NCBI GenBank assembly: GCA_965203805.1
Contig: OZ241917.1
Coordinates: 3,136,001-3,200,000 of the forward strand
Direction: 5' to 3'
DNA length: 64,000 nucleotides
From: Candidatus Latescibacterota bacterium
GTDB lineage: Bacteria > Latescibacterota > UBA2968 > GCA-2709665
Shown: in pieces, positions 20,463-29,893 of the stretch
How positions within the stretch are numbered: position 1 is the first letter of the stretch
Layout of the letters: each line of letters begins with the position of its first letter
Program-made: the position numbers and the translations under genes
The notes under the pieces: generated by a model
Database searches by the model: none
Told to the model about the DNA's origin: nothing
What the model saw: only the letters and a program-made list of their open reading frames with translations

Positions 20463-21215
20463 GTGGCTAGCTCCCATCTTCAGGAACGCAATGCCAGGCG
20501 GGCCTTTGTGCGCCAGATGTTCGACGGCATTGCGGGCACCTACGATTTGTTGAACCACCTGTTGAGTGCCGGCGCGGACATCCTCTGGCGGCGATGGACC
20601 ATCGACGCGCTGGCATTGGAACCGGGCTGGTGGATCCTGGACCTTGCAACCGGTACGGGCGACCTGGGTCTCGAAGCGGCTGCACGCGATCCGGGGGTGC
20701 GGGTTGTGGGTGCGGACCTTTCCCGGCCGATGCTGCGGCTGGGAAACAAGAAACAGCAGAAGAGATCCGGCCGGCTTTTTTTTCTTTGCGGAGACGCGGA
20801 GCGGCTGCCGTTTCCCGATGCGCGTTTTCAGGCCGTAACCATTGGCTTCGGGGTACGGAACTTTTCGGACCTGGCGACCGGATTGCGGGAAATATACCGG
20901 GTGATGCGTCCGGGGGGCCGGCTGGCAATCCTGGAATTCTCCCGGCCCAGGGCGTTTCTGTTGCGCAGGGTCTACTTCTTCTATTTCAAATATATCCTGC
21001 CCGGGATCGGCCGGGTCGTTTCCCGGAATCCCCGGGCATATCGGTATCTATACGAATCTGTAATGGGTTTTCCTGAAGGGGACGCATTCCTGAGACGTCT
21101 GGCGCGGGCCGGATTTGTGGAACCTGAGGAACGCCGGTTCTCCTTTGGCATCGCCACACTCTACCTGGCGTTGAAACCGTCTGAAGAGCGGGTAGACGTA
21201 AGACGGGAGACGTGA
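20463..21215 (+). CDS. ubiE: UbiE/MenG family quinone C-methyltransferase
   Basis: MFDGIA..YDLLNHLLS.G....WR, LDLATGTGD, GDAERLPF and FGVRN. Confidence 0.85.
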   Translation: MASSHLQERNARRAFVRQMFDGIAGTYDLLNHLLSAGADILWRRWTIDALALEPGWWILDLATGTGDLGLEAAARDPGVRVVGADLSRPMLRLGNKKQQKRSGRLFFLCGDAERLPFPDARFQAVTIGFGVRNFSDLATGLREIYRVMRPGGRLAILEFSRPRAFLLRRVYFFYFKYILPGIGRVVSRNPRAYRYLYESVMGFPEGDAFLRRLARAGFVEPEERRFSFGIATLYLALKPSEERVDVRRET

Positions 21216-21279
21216 GAAGACATGAGTGCCTGAAGAGCGGGTAGACGCAAGACGGGAGACGTGAGATGACATGAGTGCC
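21181..21279. repeat. Tandem duplication of a 49-bp unit (2 copies, 2 mismatches)
   Basis: CTGAAGAGCGGGTAGACGYAAGACGGGAGACGTGAGAWGACATGAGTGC at 21181 and 21230; overlaps the ubiE stop. Confidence 0.9.
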
Positions 21280-21355
21280 CTACGGTTTTTCTCGTCGTTA
21301 CCATAGTCGGTAAAGAAACAGGCATGGTTAGCGTGAAAACACTGTGGTAACGTTA

Positions 21356-21482
21356 TCATCTACCGTCTACCGTCTCACCGCCTTCATCTACCGTCTCACG
21401 TCTCACGTCTCACCGCTTTTAGGTTTTCATTCTTAATTCTTCATTCTTAATTCTTCATTCTTCCTTCTCCCGTCTCACCGCC
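21356..21482. repeat. Heptamer tandem repeats (CGTCTCA/CGTCTAC; TTCTTAA/TTCTTCA)
   Basis: 7-nt periodicity read directly; complementary to the GTGAGAC/GTAGAC units at 21190-21266. Confidence 0.8.
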
Positions 21483-21523
21483 CTTATTTGCTTCTCGATT
21501 GCCGCGAGAAGAGGTACTCCTGA

Positions 21524-23227
21524 ATGGACAATCCATTCATTGATGAAATCGTATCGCAGGTCTCAATAGCGACTGACACGCGTCCCGATGAGGTGAGGCC
21601 GCTGATCGAAGTCCCTCCCAAACCCGAGATGGGAGATTACGCGCTGCCTTGTTTCGGGCTTGCAAGAACGCTTCGGAAGGCGCCGAATCAGATCGCGAGG
21701 GATCTTGAAGCGCGAGTGCGCACGGGCGCGCGCATTGCCCGGGTGAGCGCCGTGGGCCCGTATCTCAATATCTTCCTGAGCCAGACCGAATTCGTCCGGG
21801 AAACGCTTTCGCGGATTCTCGCCAGCGGCAGGCAGTTCGGACACAGCCGGGCGGGCGCCGGGAAAACGGTCGTTATCGATTTCTCGTCACCGAATATCTC
21901 CAAGCCGTTCACGATAGCCCACATCCGTTCGACGGCAATCGGGAATTCGCTCTGCAGGATTTACGGGGCGCTCGGCTGGAACGTGATCGGCATCAATCAC
22001 CTCGGCGACTGGGGCGCCCCGCACGGGATGAACATCGCGGCGTACAAGCGTTGGGGAGATGCGAACGCAGTCCGCAGGAATCCTCCCTTCGAGCTGTTCA
22101 ATCTGTACGTGAAGTTCAATGCCGAGATGGAAAAAGATCCGTCTCTCGGCGACGACGTCAAGCTCTGGACCAGGAAACTGGAGGCCGGCGATGCCGAGGC
22201 GCTGCGGCTGTGGAAATGGTTCCGGGAAGAGACCATAAGCGACTTCAGACGAATTTACGAATTGTTGGACGTGACATTTACCGAATACACGGGTGAGAGT
22301 TTTTTCCATGACAAGGTGGGGCCGGTTGTCGACGAATTGAAGGCAAAAGGGCTTGCCGTGGAAAGCGAGGGCGCCCTCGTTGTCATGCTGGACGACGACG
22401 ACATGCCGCCGGCGATCGTCCAGACGGGACACGACACCAGCGTCTATCTCACGCGGGACCTGGCCGCTGCGATTTACCGGAAGGAAACCTACGACTTCGA
22501 TAAGTTGATCTATGCGACCGACGCCGGCCAGTCCCTGCATTTCCGGCAGCTTTTCAAGGTGCTGGAACGGATGGGCCATGAATGGGCGAAAGACTGTGTC
22601 CACGTCCCGTTCGGCATTATTTCCTTCAAGGAGGGACGGATGTCGAGCCGCAGGGGCAACGTGATTTTTCTGGAGGACGTGCTGAACCGCGCTGTTGAGT
22701 TGACACGCGGAATAATCGATAACAAGAATCCGAATCTTCCCGATAGGGACGCGATCGCCCGGGACGTGGGCATCGGCGCGGTGGTCTACGCCGACCTGGA
22801 TTCGCGCCGGACGCGGGACGTGGTATTCGACTGGGATGAGATCCTGAATTTCAATGGCGAGACCGGCCCCTACGTTCAATATACCCATGCGCGCTACTGC
22901 AGCGTGCTGCGCAGGTACGGAGCCGCCGTGCCTCCGGCCGGGGCGGACCTTTCTCTGTTGACCGAAACCGAGACCGTGGCCGTGGTCAAGTGCCTGGAAC
23001 GGTTTCCGCAGCGTATCCGGAACGCGGCCGAGGCCTCTGAGCCGTCTCTGATTGCCGGGTACCTGATCGAACTCTGTGCGGAGGCGAACCGGTTTTACAA
23101 CGCCCACCGGGTCATTTCAGAAGACGCGACCCTGACCCGGGCGCGTATCGCTCTCGTTTATTCGATCACCGCCGTGCTGGCAGCCGGACTCCATCTGCTG
23201 GGCCTGAAGGCGCCGGAGGAAATGTGA
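21524..23227 (+). CDS. argS: Arginine--tRNA ligase
   Basis: GPYLN, IDFSSPNI.K...AHIRST.IG, NHLGDWG, MSSRRGN and GPYVQY.HAR. Confidence 0.95.
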   Translation: MDNPFIDEIVSQVSIATDTRPDEVRPLIEVPPKPEMGDYALPCFGLARTLRKAPNQIARDLEARVRTGARIARVSAVGPYLNIFLSQTEFVRETLSRILASGRQFGHSRAGAGKTVVIDFSSPNISKPFTIAHIRSTAIGNSLCRIYGALGWNVIGINHLGDWGAPHGMNIAAYKRWGDANAVRRNPPFELFNLYVKFNAEMEKDPSLGDDVKLWTRKLEAGDAEALRLWKWFREETISDFRRIYELLDVTFTEYTGESFFHDKVGPVVDELKAKGLAVESEGALVVMLDDDDMPPAIVQTGHDTSVYLTRDLAAAIYRKETYDFDKLIYATDAGQSLHFRQLFKVLERMGHEWAKDCVHVPFGIISFKEGRMSSRRGNVIFLEDVLNRAVELTRGIIDNKNPNLPDRDAIARDVGIGAVVYADLDSRRTRDVVFDWDEILNFNGETGPYVQYTHARYCSVLRRYGAAVPPAGADLSLLTETETVAVVKCLERFPQRIRNAAEASEPSLIAGYLIELCAEANRFYNAHRVISEDATLTRARIALVYSITAVLAAGLHLLGLKAPEEM

Positions 23228-23787
23228 GTCAGACCGCGCATGGTTCTCTGCTGCGGGGCAGGCAGATTTTCCTGACCGGTTTCATGGCGACCGGAAAGAG
23301 CAAGGTCGGGCCGATTCTGGCGCGGCGCCTGGACCGGGTATTCGCGGATACGGACGAGTTGATCGTGGAGGCGGCCGGGAAGTCGATCCCCCAGGTCTTC
23401 GCGGAAGACGGAGAGGCCGCATTCCGCCGTATCGAGCGCGGCTGCGTGGCACGCGCGGCCGCAATGCCCCATGCTGTCATTGCTCTGGGCGGCGGCGCCG
23501 TGACGCAGGAAGGCAACTGGGAAACGATTCAAGCGTCCGGCGTCTGCCTGTGTCTGCGGGCATCGGCGGAGACCATTTTCAAGCGCTTGCGAAGGACAGA
23601 AGGAGAACGGCCGCTGATGGCCGGTTTGCCCGATGAAGGCCGGATGGTGAAGATCCGGTCGATGCTGGCGGCCCGGACGCCGTTTTACGACCGTGCGGAC
23701 GCATTCGTGGAGTCGACGGAGTATCGCACGCCGGAAGAGACGGCTCAACTGGCGGTATCGGCTCTGGAAGGCCTTGCATTGAAATAA
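23224..23787 (+). CDS. aroK: Shikimate kinase
   Basis: LTGFMATGKS Walker A, DTD, GEAAFR..E, GGGAV and RPL. Confidence 0.92.
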   Translation: MSQTAHGSLLRGRQIFLTGFMATGKSKVGPILARRLDRVFADTDELIVEAAGKSIPQVFAEDGEAAFRRIERGCVARAAAMPHAVIALGGGAVTQEGNWETIQASGVCLCLRASAETIFKRLRRTEGERPLMAGLPDEGRMVKIRSMLAARTPFYDRADAFVESTEYRTPEETAQLAVSALEGLALK

Positions 23788-23809
23788 CGGCGCTGGAAGG
23801 CCACCGCTT

Positions 23810-24958
23810 ATGGAATCTCAAGTCGCTCAGAACGGTATGGAGACCGTACAGGTCGATCTCGGCAGTCGGAGTTATCCGATCCTGATTGGACACGGAACCT
23901 TGTCCGGCTTTGGCAGGGCGTACGCGACGAGGGGATTGGGGTCGGCCGCGGCGATCGTGACCAACCATACGGTGGCGCCGCTCTACCTGGATCCGGTCAG
24001 GGCCGGTCTCGAGGCTCAGGGTGTGGCGGTGACGGTGGTTGAAGTCCCCGATGGAGAAGAATACAAGACACTGGAGACAGCCGGCCGGATATACGGCGAA
24101 CTGATAAAGGCGGGCCTGGACCGGCGCAGTTGCGTCGTCACGCTGGGGGGCGGCGTTGTGGGCGACACCGCCGGATTCGTGGCGTCCACCTATCTGCGCG
24201 GTATCGATTTCGTGCAGGTACCCACCACCCTCGAGGCGCAGGTCGACGCCAGCGTAGGCGGCAAAACCGGGGTCGACCACCCGCTCGGCAAGAATATGAT
24301 CGGAGCGTTCTATCAGCCGAAGCTTGTATATATCGACACGGAAACGCTGATGACCCTGCCCCGGCGGGAGGTGGTTGCCGGGATGGCGGAGGTGATCAAG
24401 CACGGATTGATCCGTGATGGAGACCTCGTGCAGTTCCTGGAGCGCGAGATCGAACACGTGGCGGATCTGGCGGTTGAACCGGAAAAGCTGGTCGGTCTGA
24501 TCACTCGAAATTGCCGAATCAAAGCGGACGTCGTGGCGGCGGACGAGACCGAAGCGGGATTGAGGGAGATTCTGAACTACGGCCACACGGTTGGACACGC
24601 CGTTGAGGCGGTGACGAATTACACGGATTACAAACACGGCGAGGCCGTAATGCTGGGCATGCTGGCCGCCGGCAGAATCGGCGTCATCAAGGGGTTCTGG
24701 AAACCGTCGGAGCTGGAACGCCAGAACGCGCTGATCGAAAGACTCGGGATCCCGCCCGGCGCCCGCGCACTTGACGCGGACGAACTGATGGGACGTATGG
24801 CGAGCGACAAGAAAGCGCGGGACGGGGTGATCCGGTTTGTCCTGCCGGAGACGATCGGCCGTGCCACGTCGTGCGACACCGTCACGCGGGAGGAGATCGG
24901 AGAGGGTATCCGGTATATGCAGAAACGCTCACCCGAATCGGGTTGCAGGTCGTCGTGA
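23810..24958 (+). CDS. aroB: 3-dehydroquinate synthase
   Basis: DGEEYK, GGGVVGD, PTTL.AQVDASVGGKT and LNYGHTVGHA.E. Confidence 0.95.
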   Translation: MESQVAQNGMETVQVDLGSRSYPILIGHGTLSGFGRAYATRGLGSAAAIVTNHTVAPLYLDPVRAGLEAQGVAVTVVEVPDGEEYKTLETAGRIYGELIKAGLDRRSCVVTLGGGVVGDTAGFVASTYLRGIDFVQVPTTLEAQVDASVGGKTGVDHPLGKNMIGAFYQPKLVYIDTETLMTLPRREVVAGMAEVIKHGLIRDGDLVQFLEREIEHVADLAVEPEKLVGLITRNCRIKADVVAADETEAGLREILNYGHTVGHAVEAVTNYTDYKHGEAVMLGMLAAGRIGVIKGFWKPSELERQNALIERLGIPPGARALDADELMGRMASDKKARDGVIRFVLPETIGRATSCDTVTREEIGEGIRYMQKRSPESGCRSS

Positions 24959-24975
24959 GCAGGCGGCCGCCGGCT

Positions 24976-25479
24976 TCAACGCGTCAACCGCTCGATGACG
25001 GCGCTGTGTTCGGGAAAGCTCCGGATCAGGTCGGCCCGATTCGCCAGTTCGAAGTCTTCGAATTCGAATCCGGGAGCGACCGTACCCCCCACCAGGGCGT
25101 ATGCGTCGGAGTCGTTCACCGTAGCGCCGTACCAGCAGCCGGCGTTGATGACCGTTGCGAACGATTCGTTGTTGTCGGGATTGTTGCCGAGCACGATCCG
25201 GTCGTATGCGCCGTTGTGGTTGATCCTATGGATGGTAATGGACGATCCTGCATAGTAGTGCCAGATTTCATCGGACTGGATGCGGTGAAGGGCGGAATAG
25301 TCGTTGCCTTCAAGGAGGAAGTAGATCGCGGTTGAGAATGTTCGGCGGCCGGCAAACCGCTTTGGGAGCGCATGGCTCGCGACGGTCTCCTCCGAGCGGT
25401 ATATTTCCCGATAGTAGCCGCCTTCGGGATGCGGCCTGAGATTCAATCTTGAAATCCAGTAATCGGCATTCCGGTCCAT
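24976..25479 (-). CDS. Cupin_5 (DUF985) family protein
   Basis: L.PHPEGGYYRE, STAIYFLL, LHRIQSDEIWHYY.G and VAPGFEFEDF. Confidence 0.88.
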   Translation of the reverse strand: MDRNADYWISRLNLRPHPEGGYYREIYRSEETVASHALPKRFAGRRTFSTAIYFLLEGNDYSALHRIQSDEIWHYYAGSSITIHRINHNGAYDRIVLGNNPDNNESFATVINAGCWYGATVNDSDAYALVGGTVAPGFEFEDFELANRADLIRSFPEHSAVIERLTR

Positions 25480-25499
25480 GGCAATTGGAAAACCCTGTG

Positions 25500-25530
25500 G
25501 AACAGGGGCGAGGAAACCTCGCCCCTGTTC
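25500..25530. repeat. Perfect 14-bp inverted repeat (REP-like hairpin or terminator)
   Basis: GAACAGGGGCGAGG-AAA-CCTCGCCCCTGTTC, followed by a T-rich tract on the + strand. Confidence 0.7.
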
Positions 25531-25598
25531 TTGTTTTCGTGACCGCGCGCTTCCGGTTTCAGTTCAGGGAACGGGGACGCGATACACCGTGAATTCGG

Positions 25599-26651
25599 CT
25601 ACGCAATAACGCCGCCCCCCAGACAGGTTTCGCCATCGTAGAAGACGGCCGATTGTCCCGGCGCCACGCCCGGGTCCGCTTCCGCCATCTGCACGGCCAG
25701 GGCGTTACTCCCGGCGGATGCGATGCGGCACCGGACGACCCGCGGGCCGTGTCGGATCTTGACCTGAACGTCGTGCCGGTCGGGGACACCGCAGATCCAG
25801 TTCGGGCGTGACACCGTGAAACGGCTCAACGCCCGTTCGCCCCGGTGCGACCTGTGCGTCACGTAGACAATGTTGTCATGGATGTCTTTCCTGACCACGT
25901 ACCAGGGTCCTGCGGCGAGGCCCAGCCCTTCGCGCTGTCCGATGGTGTAGAACCAGTAACCCCGATGGCGGCCGAGACGGGCGCCGGATTCGAGTTCGAT
26001 AATGTCGCCAGGCTTCTCACCCAGGTGCGCCCTGACGAAATCGGGATAGCTTATCTTGCCCAGAAAACAGATGCCCTGGCTGTCCTTGCGATCCTGGTTC
26101 GGCAGACCGAAGTCCCGTGCGTGTTTCCGGACCTGCGGTTTGGTGAGATGCCCGATGGGGAAACGTGCGCGTTGGAGCTGCGCCTGGCTGAGTCCGGAAA
26201 GAAAGTAGGTCTGGTCCTTGACGGGGTCCGGCGCTCGCTTCAAGCAACAGGCGCCGTTGACTTCTGCGATTCGGGCATAGTGACCGGAAGCCACACTGTC
26301 GAAGCTGCCGCCGATGCGGGCGGCGAACTCGCCGAATTTGATGTGCCGGTTGCAGACAATGTCCGGGCTGGGAGTACGTCCCGCTCTGAGTTCGGACACG
26401 GCGTGCGAGACCACCCGTTCCAGGTATTCCGCCTGCAGCGGGATGATTTGAAGCGGTACCCCCGCCTGTTCGCACACAGCGCGCGCGTACTTGAGGTCTT
26501 CCTCCCAGGGGCAGTCGCCCAAAAAGGCAAGTTCGTCCTCAAGCCAGACCTTGAGATAGAAGGCGGTGATTTCGTGCCGGTCTTCCCGGCACAGCAGATG
26601 AAGGGCAACGGAACTGTCGACGCCTCCGGAAAGCAGAAGGGCGATCTTCAT
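25599..26651 (-). CDS. mnmA: tRNA 2-thiouridylase
   Basis: LLSGGVDSSVA, TPSPD..CN..IKFG, SGHYA, KDQTYFL, DSQGICF and APGQ. Confidence 0.94.
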   Translation of the reverse strand: MKIALLLSGGVDSSVALHLLCREDRHEITAFYLKVWLEDELAFLGDCPWEEDLKYARAVCEQAGVPLQIIPLQAEYLERVVSHAVSELRAGRTPSPDIVCNRHIKFGEFAARIGGSFDSVASGHYARIAEVNGACCLKRAPDPVKDQTYFLSGLSQAQLQRARFPIGHLTKPQVRKHARDFGLPNQDRKDSQGICFLGKISYPDFVRAHLGEKPGDIIELESGARLGRHRGYWFYTIGQREGLGLAAGPWYVVRKDIHDNIVYVTHRSHRGERALSRFTVSRPNWICGVPDRHDVQVKIRHGPRVVRCRIASAGSNALAVQMAEADPGVAPGQSAVFYDGETCLGGGVIA

Positions 26652-26659
26652 GGCTCGCT

Positions 26660-28030
26660 TCACGTGTGATTGCGGCACCGTCGACCCGGCGACACGCCGA
26701 CGCATTCAAAGCCCGCCAGGCATTCGGCCAGCGGTTCGATCGTCTTCAGATCCGCGCAGCCCAGCACGGTCTCGACCAGATGCTCCGCATGGGAGCTGTC
26801 CGCGACATGATCGATGAGGCAACGGGATTTCGAGACGAGGTCGTCGAAGGTGATGCCGCTGTCCGGGTCTCCCGGGGCGGGTACCGGTCCTGTTGCGTGT
26901 GTCCGCCCGTCCGTGGTTGTGACGATGACCTTCGCCAGCGCTTCATCGGGGAAACAGGCCTCGATGGCGGGATCGACGGACATCTCGACGCGTTCCGACA
27001 GGGCCAGTACCGCCTGATTCGTCAGGCCGGGACCGGCGATTTCGGAAACGCTAACCCGGCCGTGAACAAAGGCGCAGGCCACCGGATAGGCCAGACTGTA
27101 TTGAGCCTCTTCGGTGTTGGCAGGGCGGCGTGTGCCCAGGTGGGTCGCCGCCTCGAAGGTTTCGATCCTGACTGCGGCGATGTGTTCAGGCTTCATCCTG
27201 TGGATCGCGCGCAACGCCAACGCCCCGGCGATGGCTGGCTGGGCCCAGCGGCAACACGGATGGAATTTGTAATAGACCCTTTCCATCCACCAGTCGGCGC
27301 CAAGGGTCCGCATCGACGCGCGGTACTCGTCGGCACAGGGCGTCGCGGGCATGCCCGTGAATCCGCGCGCCGCCAGTTGTGTGGCGGTGACGCCCACAAA
27401 GGCGCCCCAGTGGATACCGTCTTTCACCATGGCCGGATGACGCACGCAGTCCATAATGGGCGCGAGAGGTGCGTGGTATTCGGCAATGGCCAGCGCGTGT
27501 TCCAGCTCCGGAGGTCCCAGTTTCAGCAGACGGGCGCATGCGGCGGCGGCGCCGATGCTGCCCCAGGATCCGGAACCGTGGTAACTGGGTCCCCTGTGAG
27601 GATGGTCGTGCCAGATCGTACCCGCGCGCAAGCCGACTTCGTAACCGACGGCCACCGCCGCAAGGAAATCACGCCCCGAAGCTCCTTCGGCCTGGGCCGT
27701 CGCCAGCGCCGCGGGAATGACGACGGCGCCGGGATGGCCTTTCGCCGGCCGGTACCCGTCGTCGACGTCCAGCGCATTTGCGGCGCAGGCGTTTGCCAGG
27801 GCGGCCCCCGGTGCGCTGCCGATCTTTCCCTTGCCCGCGATCGTGGCTTCGTTGCCCGGGAACGCCGTTGCGGCGAAGTCCGCCATGATGCCCGAGGCAG
27901 GCGTGGCCAGTCCTGCGATGGTCGCGGCGAAGAGATCCAGAAGGTTCTTGCTCAGCTGCGTCCGGACGGATTCCGGAAAATTGCCGTATCGGGCCTGCGC
28001 GATGAATCCGTTGATATCATTTGTTGCCAT
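26660..28030 (-). CDS. MmgE/PrpD family protein
   Basis: AALANA..ANALD.DDG....GHPG, K.HPCCRW and AQYSL.Y. Confidence 0.85.
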   Translation of the reverse strand: MATNDINGFIAQARYGNFPESVRTQLSKNLLDLFAATIAGLATPASGIMADFAATAFPGNEATIAGKGKIGSAPGAALANACAANALDVDDGYRPAKGHPGAVVIPAALATAQAEGASGRDFLAAVAVGYEVGLRAGTIWHDHPHRGPSYHGSGSWGSIGAAAACARLLKLGPPELEHALAIAEYHAPLAPIMDCVRHPAMVKDGIHWGAFVGVTATQLAARGFTGMPATPCADEYRASMRTLGADWWMERVYYKFHPCCRWAQPAIAGALALRAIHRMKPEHIAAVRIETFEAATHLGTRRPANTEEAQYSLAYPVACAFVHGRVSVSEIAGPGLTNQAVLALSERVEMSVDPAIEACFPDEALAKVIVTTTDGRTHATGPVPAPGDPDSGITFDDLVSKSRCLIDHVADSSHAEHLVETVLGCADLKTIEPLAECLAGFECVGVSPGRRCRNHT

Positions 28031-28050
28031 ATGGATCCGGGCCGCCCGAT

Positions 28051-28965
28051 CTATGACATCAGGATCTGACTTTCGACGTCCAGCCCCACCCGGTTGCTCC
28101 AGGCAGTCATCATCTCTTTGAAAAACGGGCCGGGTTCACCGCTGCCAACCGGTATGTTGTTGAACTTCGTACAGGGAGCGATGCAATACGGCGTGGTGGT
28201 CAGCCACGCTTCGTCGGCATTCACGACGTCGTATGGCTGAAGGTCCTTTTCAATCCAGCCGAGACCGAGTTCCGCCGCGAATTCCTTCACGGTGAGCAGG
28301 CTGACGCCCTGGAGGATGTTCCGAGTGGTGGGGGAGTAGATGGTTCGGTCCGAGACGATGACAAAGTTGGAACCCGCGCATTCCGTGATGTTTCCGTCGA
28401 GATCGAGAAGCAGCGTTATCGCTTCCGGGTCGACCGCGTGGGTCTGCCGGTCGGCCAGCCACCAGTGCAGGCGGGACCGGTTCTTGGATTTCGGGTCCAG
28501 ACACTGGGGCGGGACGTGGCGCACGGCCGGCGTGACCACGTGGGCGCCGGCCTCGAAGAGATGACGCCAGACGCGGAAGGGAAGCGGGAAGGAGTGGATA
28601 CACACAGTTGGCGTGAGGCGTACGCCGGCGGCGGCGCTGCCGGCGTAGATTTCGTTTTCACCCGGGGTGATGAAGTGGACGATGCCAAGGTCGGCTTCGG
28701 GTTCGATCAGTTCCCGGTTCGCCTGTATGAGTTCGTGCGTCCTGTCCCGCATCTCGTCGCGCGTGAGCCCGGGAGGAATGCCGGCGTACTTGCACGATTT
28801 GTAGAGCCGGTCCAGGTGATCGTCCAGGCGAAACGGCGCATGGGCGAAGGTGCGTGTCATCTCGGTAAGGGTGGCGCCCAGAATGATGCCCAGATCGTAG
28901 ATCCTGATCGCGGCCTGAGAGGCAGGCACGAAATCTCCGTTCAGATAGACGATAGGTTCCTTCAT
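28051..28965 (-). CDS. PLP-dependent aminotransferase class IV
   Basis: YLNGDFV, FRLDDHLDRL, K..SR, ITE..GSN and IL.GVS. Confidence 0.85.
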   Translation of the reverse strand: MKEPIVYLNGDFVPASQAAIRIYDLGIILGATLTEMTRTFAHAPFRLDDHLDRLYKSCKYAGIPPGLTRDEMRDRTHELIQANRELIEPEADLGIVHFITPGENEIYAGSAAAGVRLTPTVCIHSFPLPFRVWRHLFEAGAHVVTPAVRHVPPQCLDPKSKNRSRLHWWLADRQTHAVDPEAITLLLDLDGNITECAGSNFVIVSDRTIYSPTTRNILQGVSLLTVKEFAAELGLGWIEKDLQPYDVVNADEAWLTTTPYCIAPCTKFNNIPVGSGEPGPFFKEMMTAWSNRVGLDVESQILMS

Positions 28966-29227
28966 AGACTCGCTCCAACCTTCGGATTACCGGAGTGACG
29001 TCGAAATGGGTTGACAACTCGTCCATAATATAGCGGCTGGGTGACGTCGGGACAATCGAAAAGGGGGTTTTCGCGGCTGCTTGAGAAAGGCACGCTTGAG
29101 TGTAAAGGGCTCCTTTGCCCTCCACGCGGACAGATACACTACCCTACGTAAGAATGATGCCTCAGCTTTAAATGGACTAATGGCCTGAGGCATCGATGGG
29201 TGCAGACTACGATTTCGGAGGACGACT

Positions 29228-29683
29228 TTATTTCTGTCCACCTTCCGCGTCTTTCAGCATTTCGGCAATTTTCTCCCTTCGGGCTTTTTCTTCCTTTTGG
29301 TTTTTCTCCAATTCCTCCAGGAGCGCGCTCAATCTTTCTTCGCGCCTTCTGCTGGAAGCTTCCAACTCCCTCAAAGCCTTAATTGCTCTTGCTCTCGTTT
29401 TTGATTCGCTCTCCGTGATCCACTTATCGGCAAGCTTCATCATTGCGCCCATGAAGTCGACCCCTTCTATGATGAAAAAGGATAGCGTTACGGAGAAAAT
29501 ACCCGCCTCATACAGATTTTCGACCAGGTCTTTTTCAGGTGGCCTATATCGATCAGTCAGGGTGAACAGGAAAATGAGCAAGTTCAACGCCCCAAAAAGA
29601 GCGCGGTCACTTACGCTCCAAATGGGCTCTCGTTCCATTAATTCGTCATTCTCGTTCGGGGGTCCATTTTGTGGTGTATACAA
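29228..29683 (-). CDS. Hypothetical membrane protein with C-terminal coiled coil
   Basis: Two hydrophobic stretches then a charged heptad tail; lies in a lower-GC patch. Confidence 0.55.
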   Translation of the reverse strand: MYTPQNGPPNENDELMEREPIWSVSDRALFGALNLLIFLFTLTDRYRPPEKDLVENLYEAGIFSVTLSFFIIEGVDFMGAMMKLADKWITESESKTRARAIKALRELEASSRRREERLSALLEELEKNQKEEKARREKIAEMLKDAEGGQK

Positions 29684-29893
29684 AAAATAAAATGCATATG
29701 CAAAAGTAAAGTCAAGCGTTTTCTATACGAAACGAAAGACCGTGTGACAGCCGGTTTTTGAGGATTGTCGTCCTGGATTTGCTTGTCTATGGTGTGCTCT
29801 CCCCGTTGCGGATTGCAAGAAGTCATGACAACAGAACGACGAGGATTTGCAATAAGGGGTTTGTACGTACATCTACACGGCCCTCGACGGACG

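Noticed and set aside
21181-21279. Possible CRISPR array
   Set aside because: Two adjacent 49-bp copies with no spacer, and no cas genes in the window
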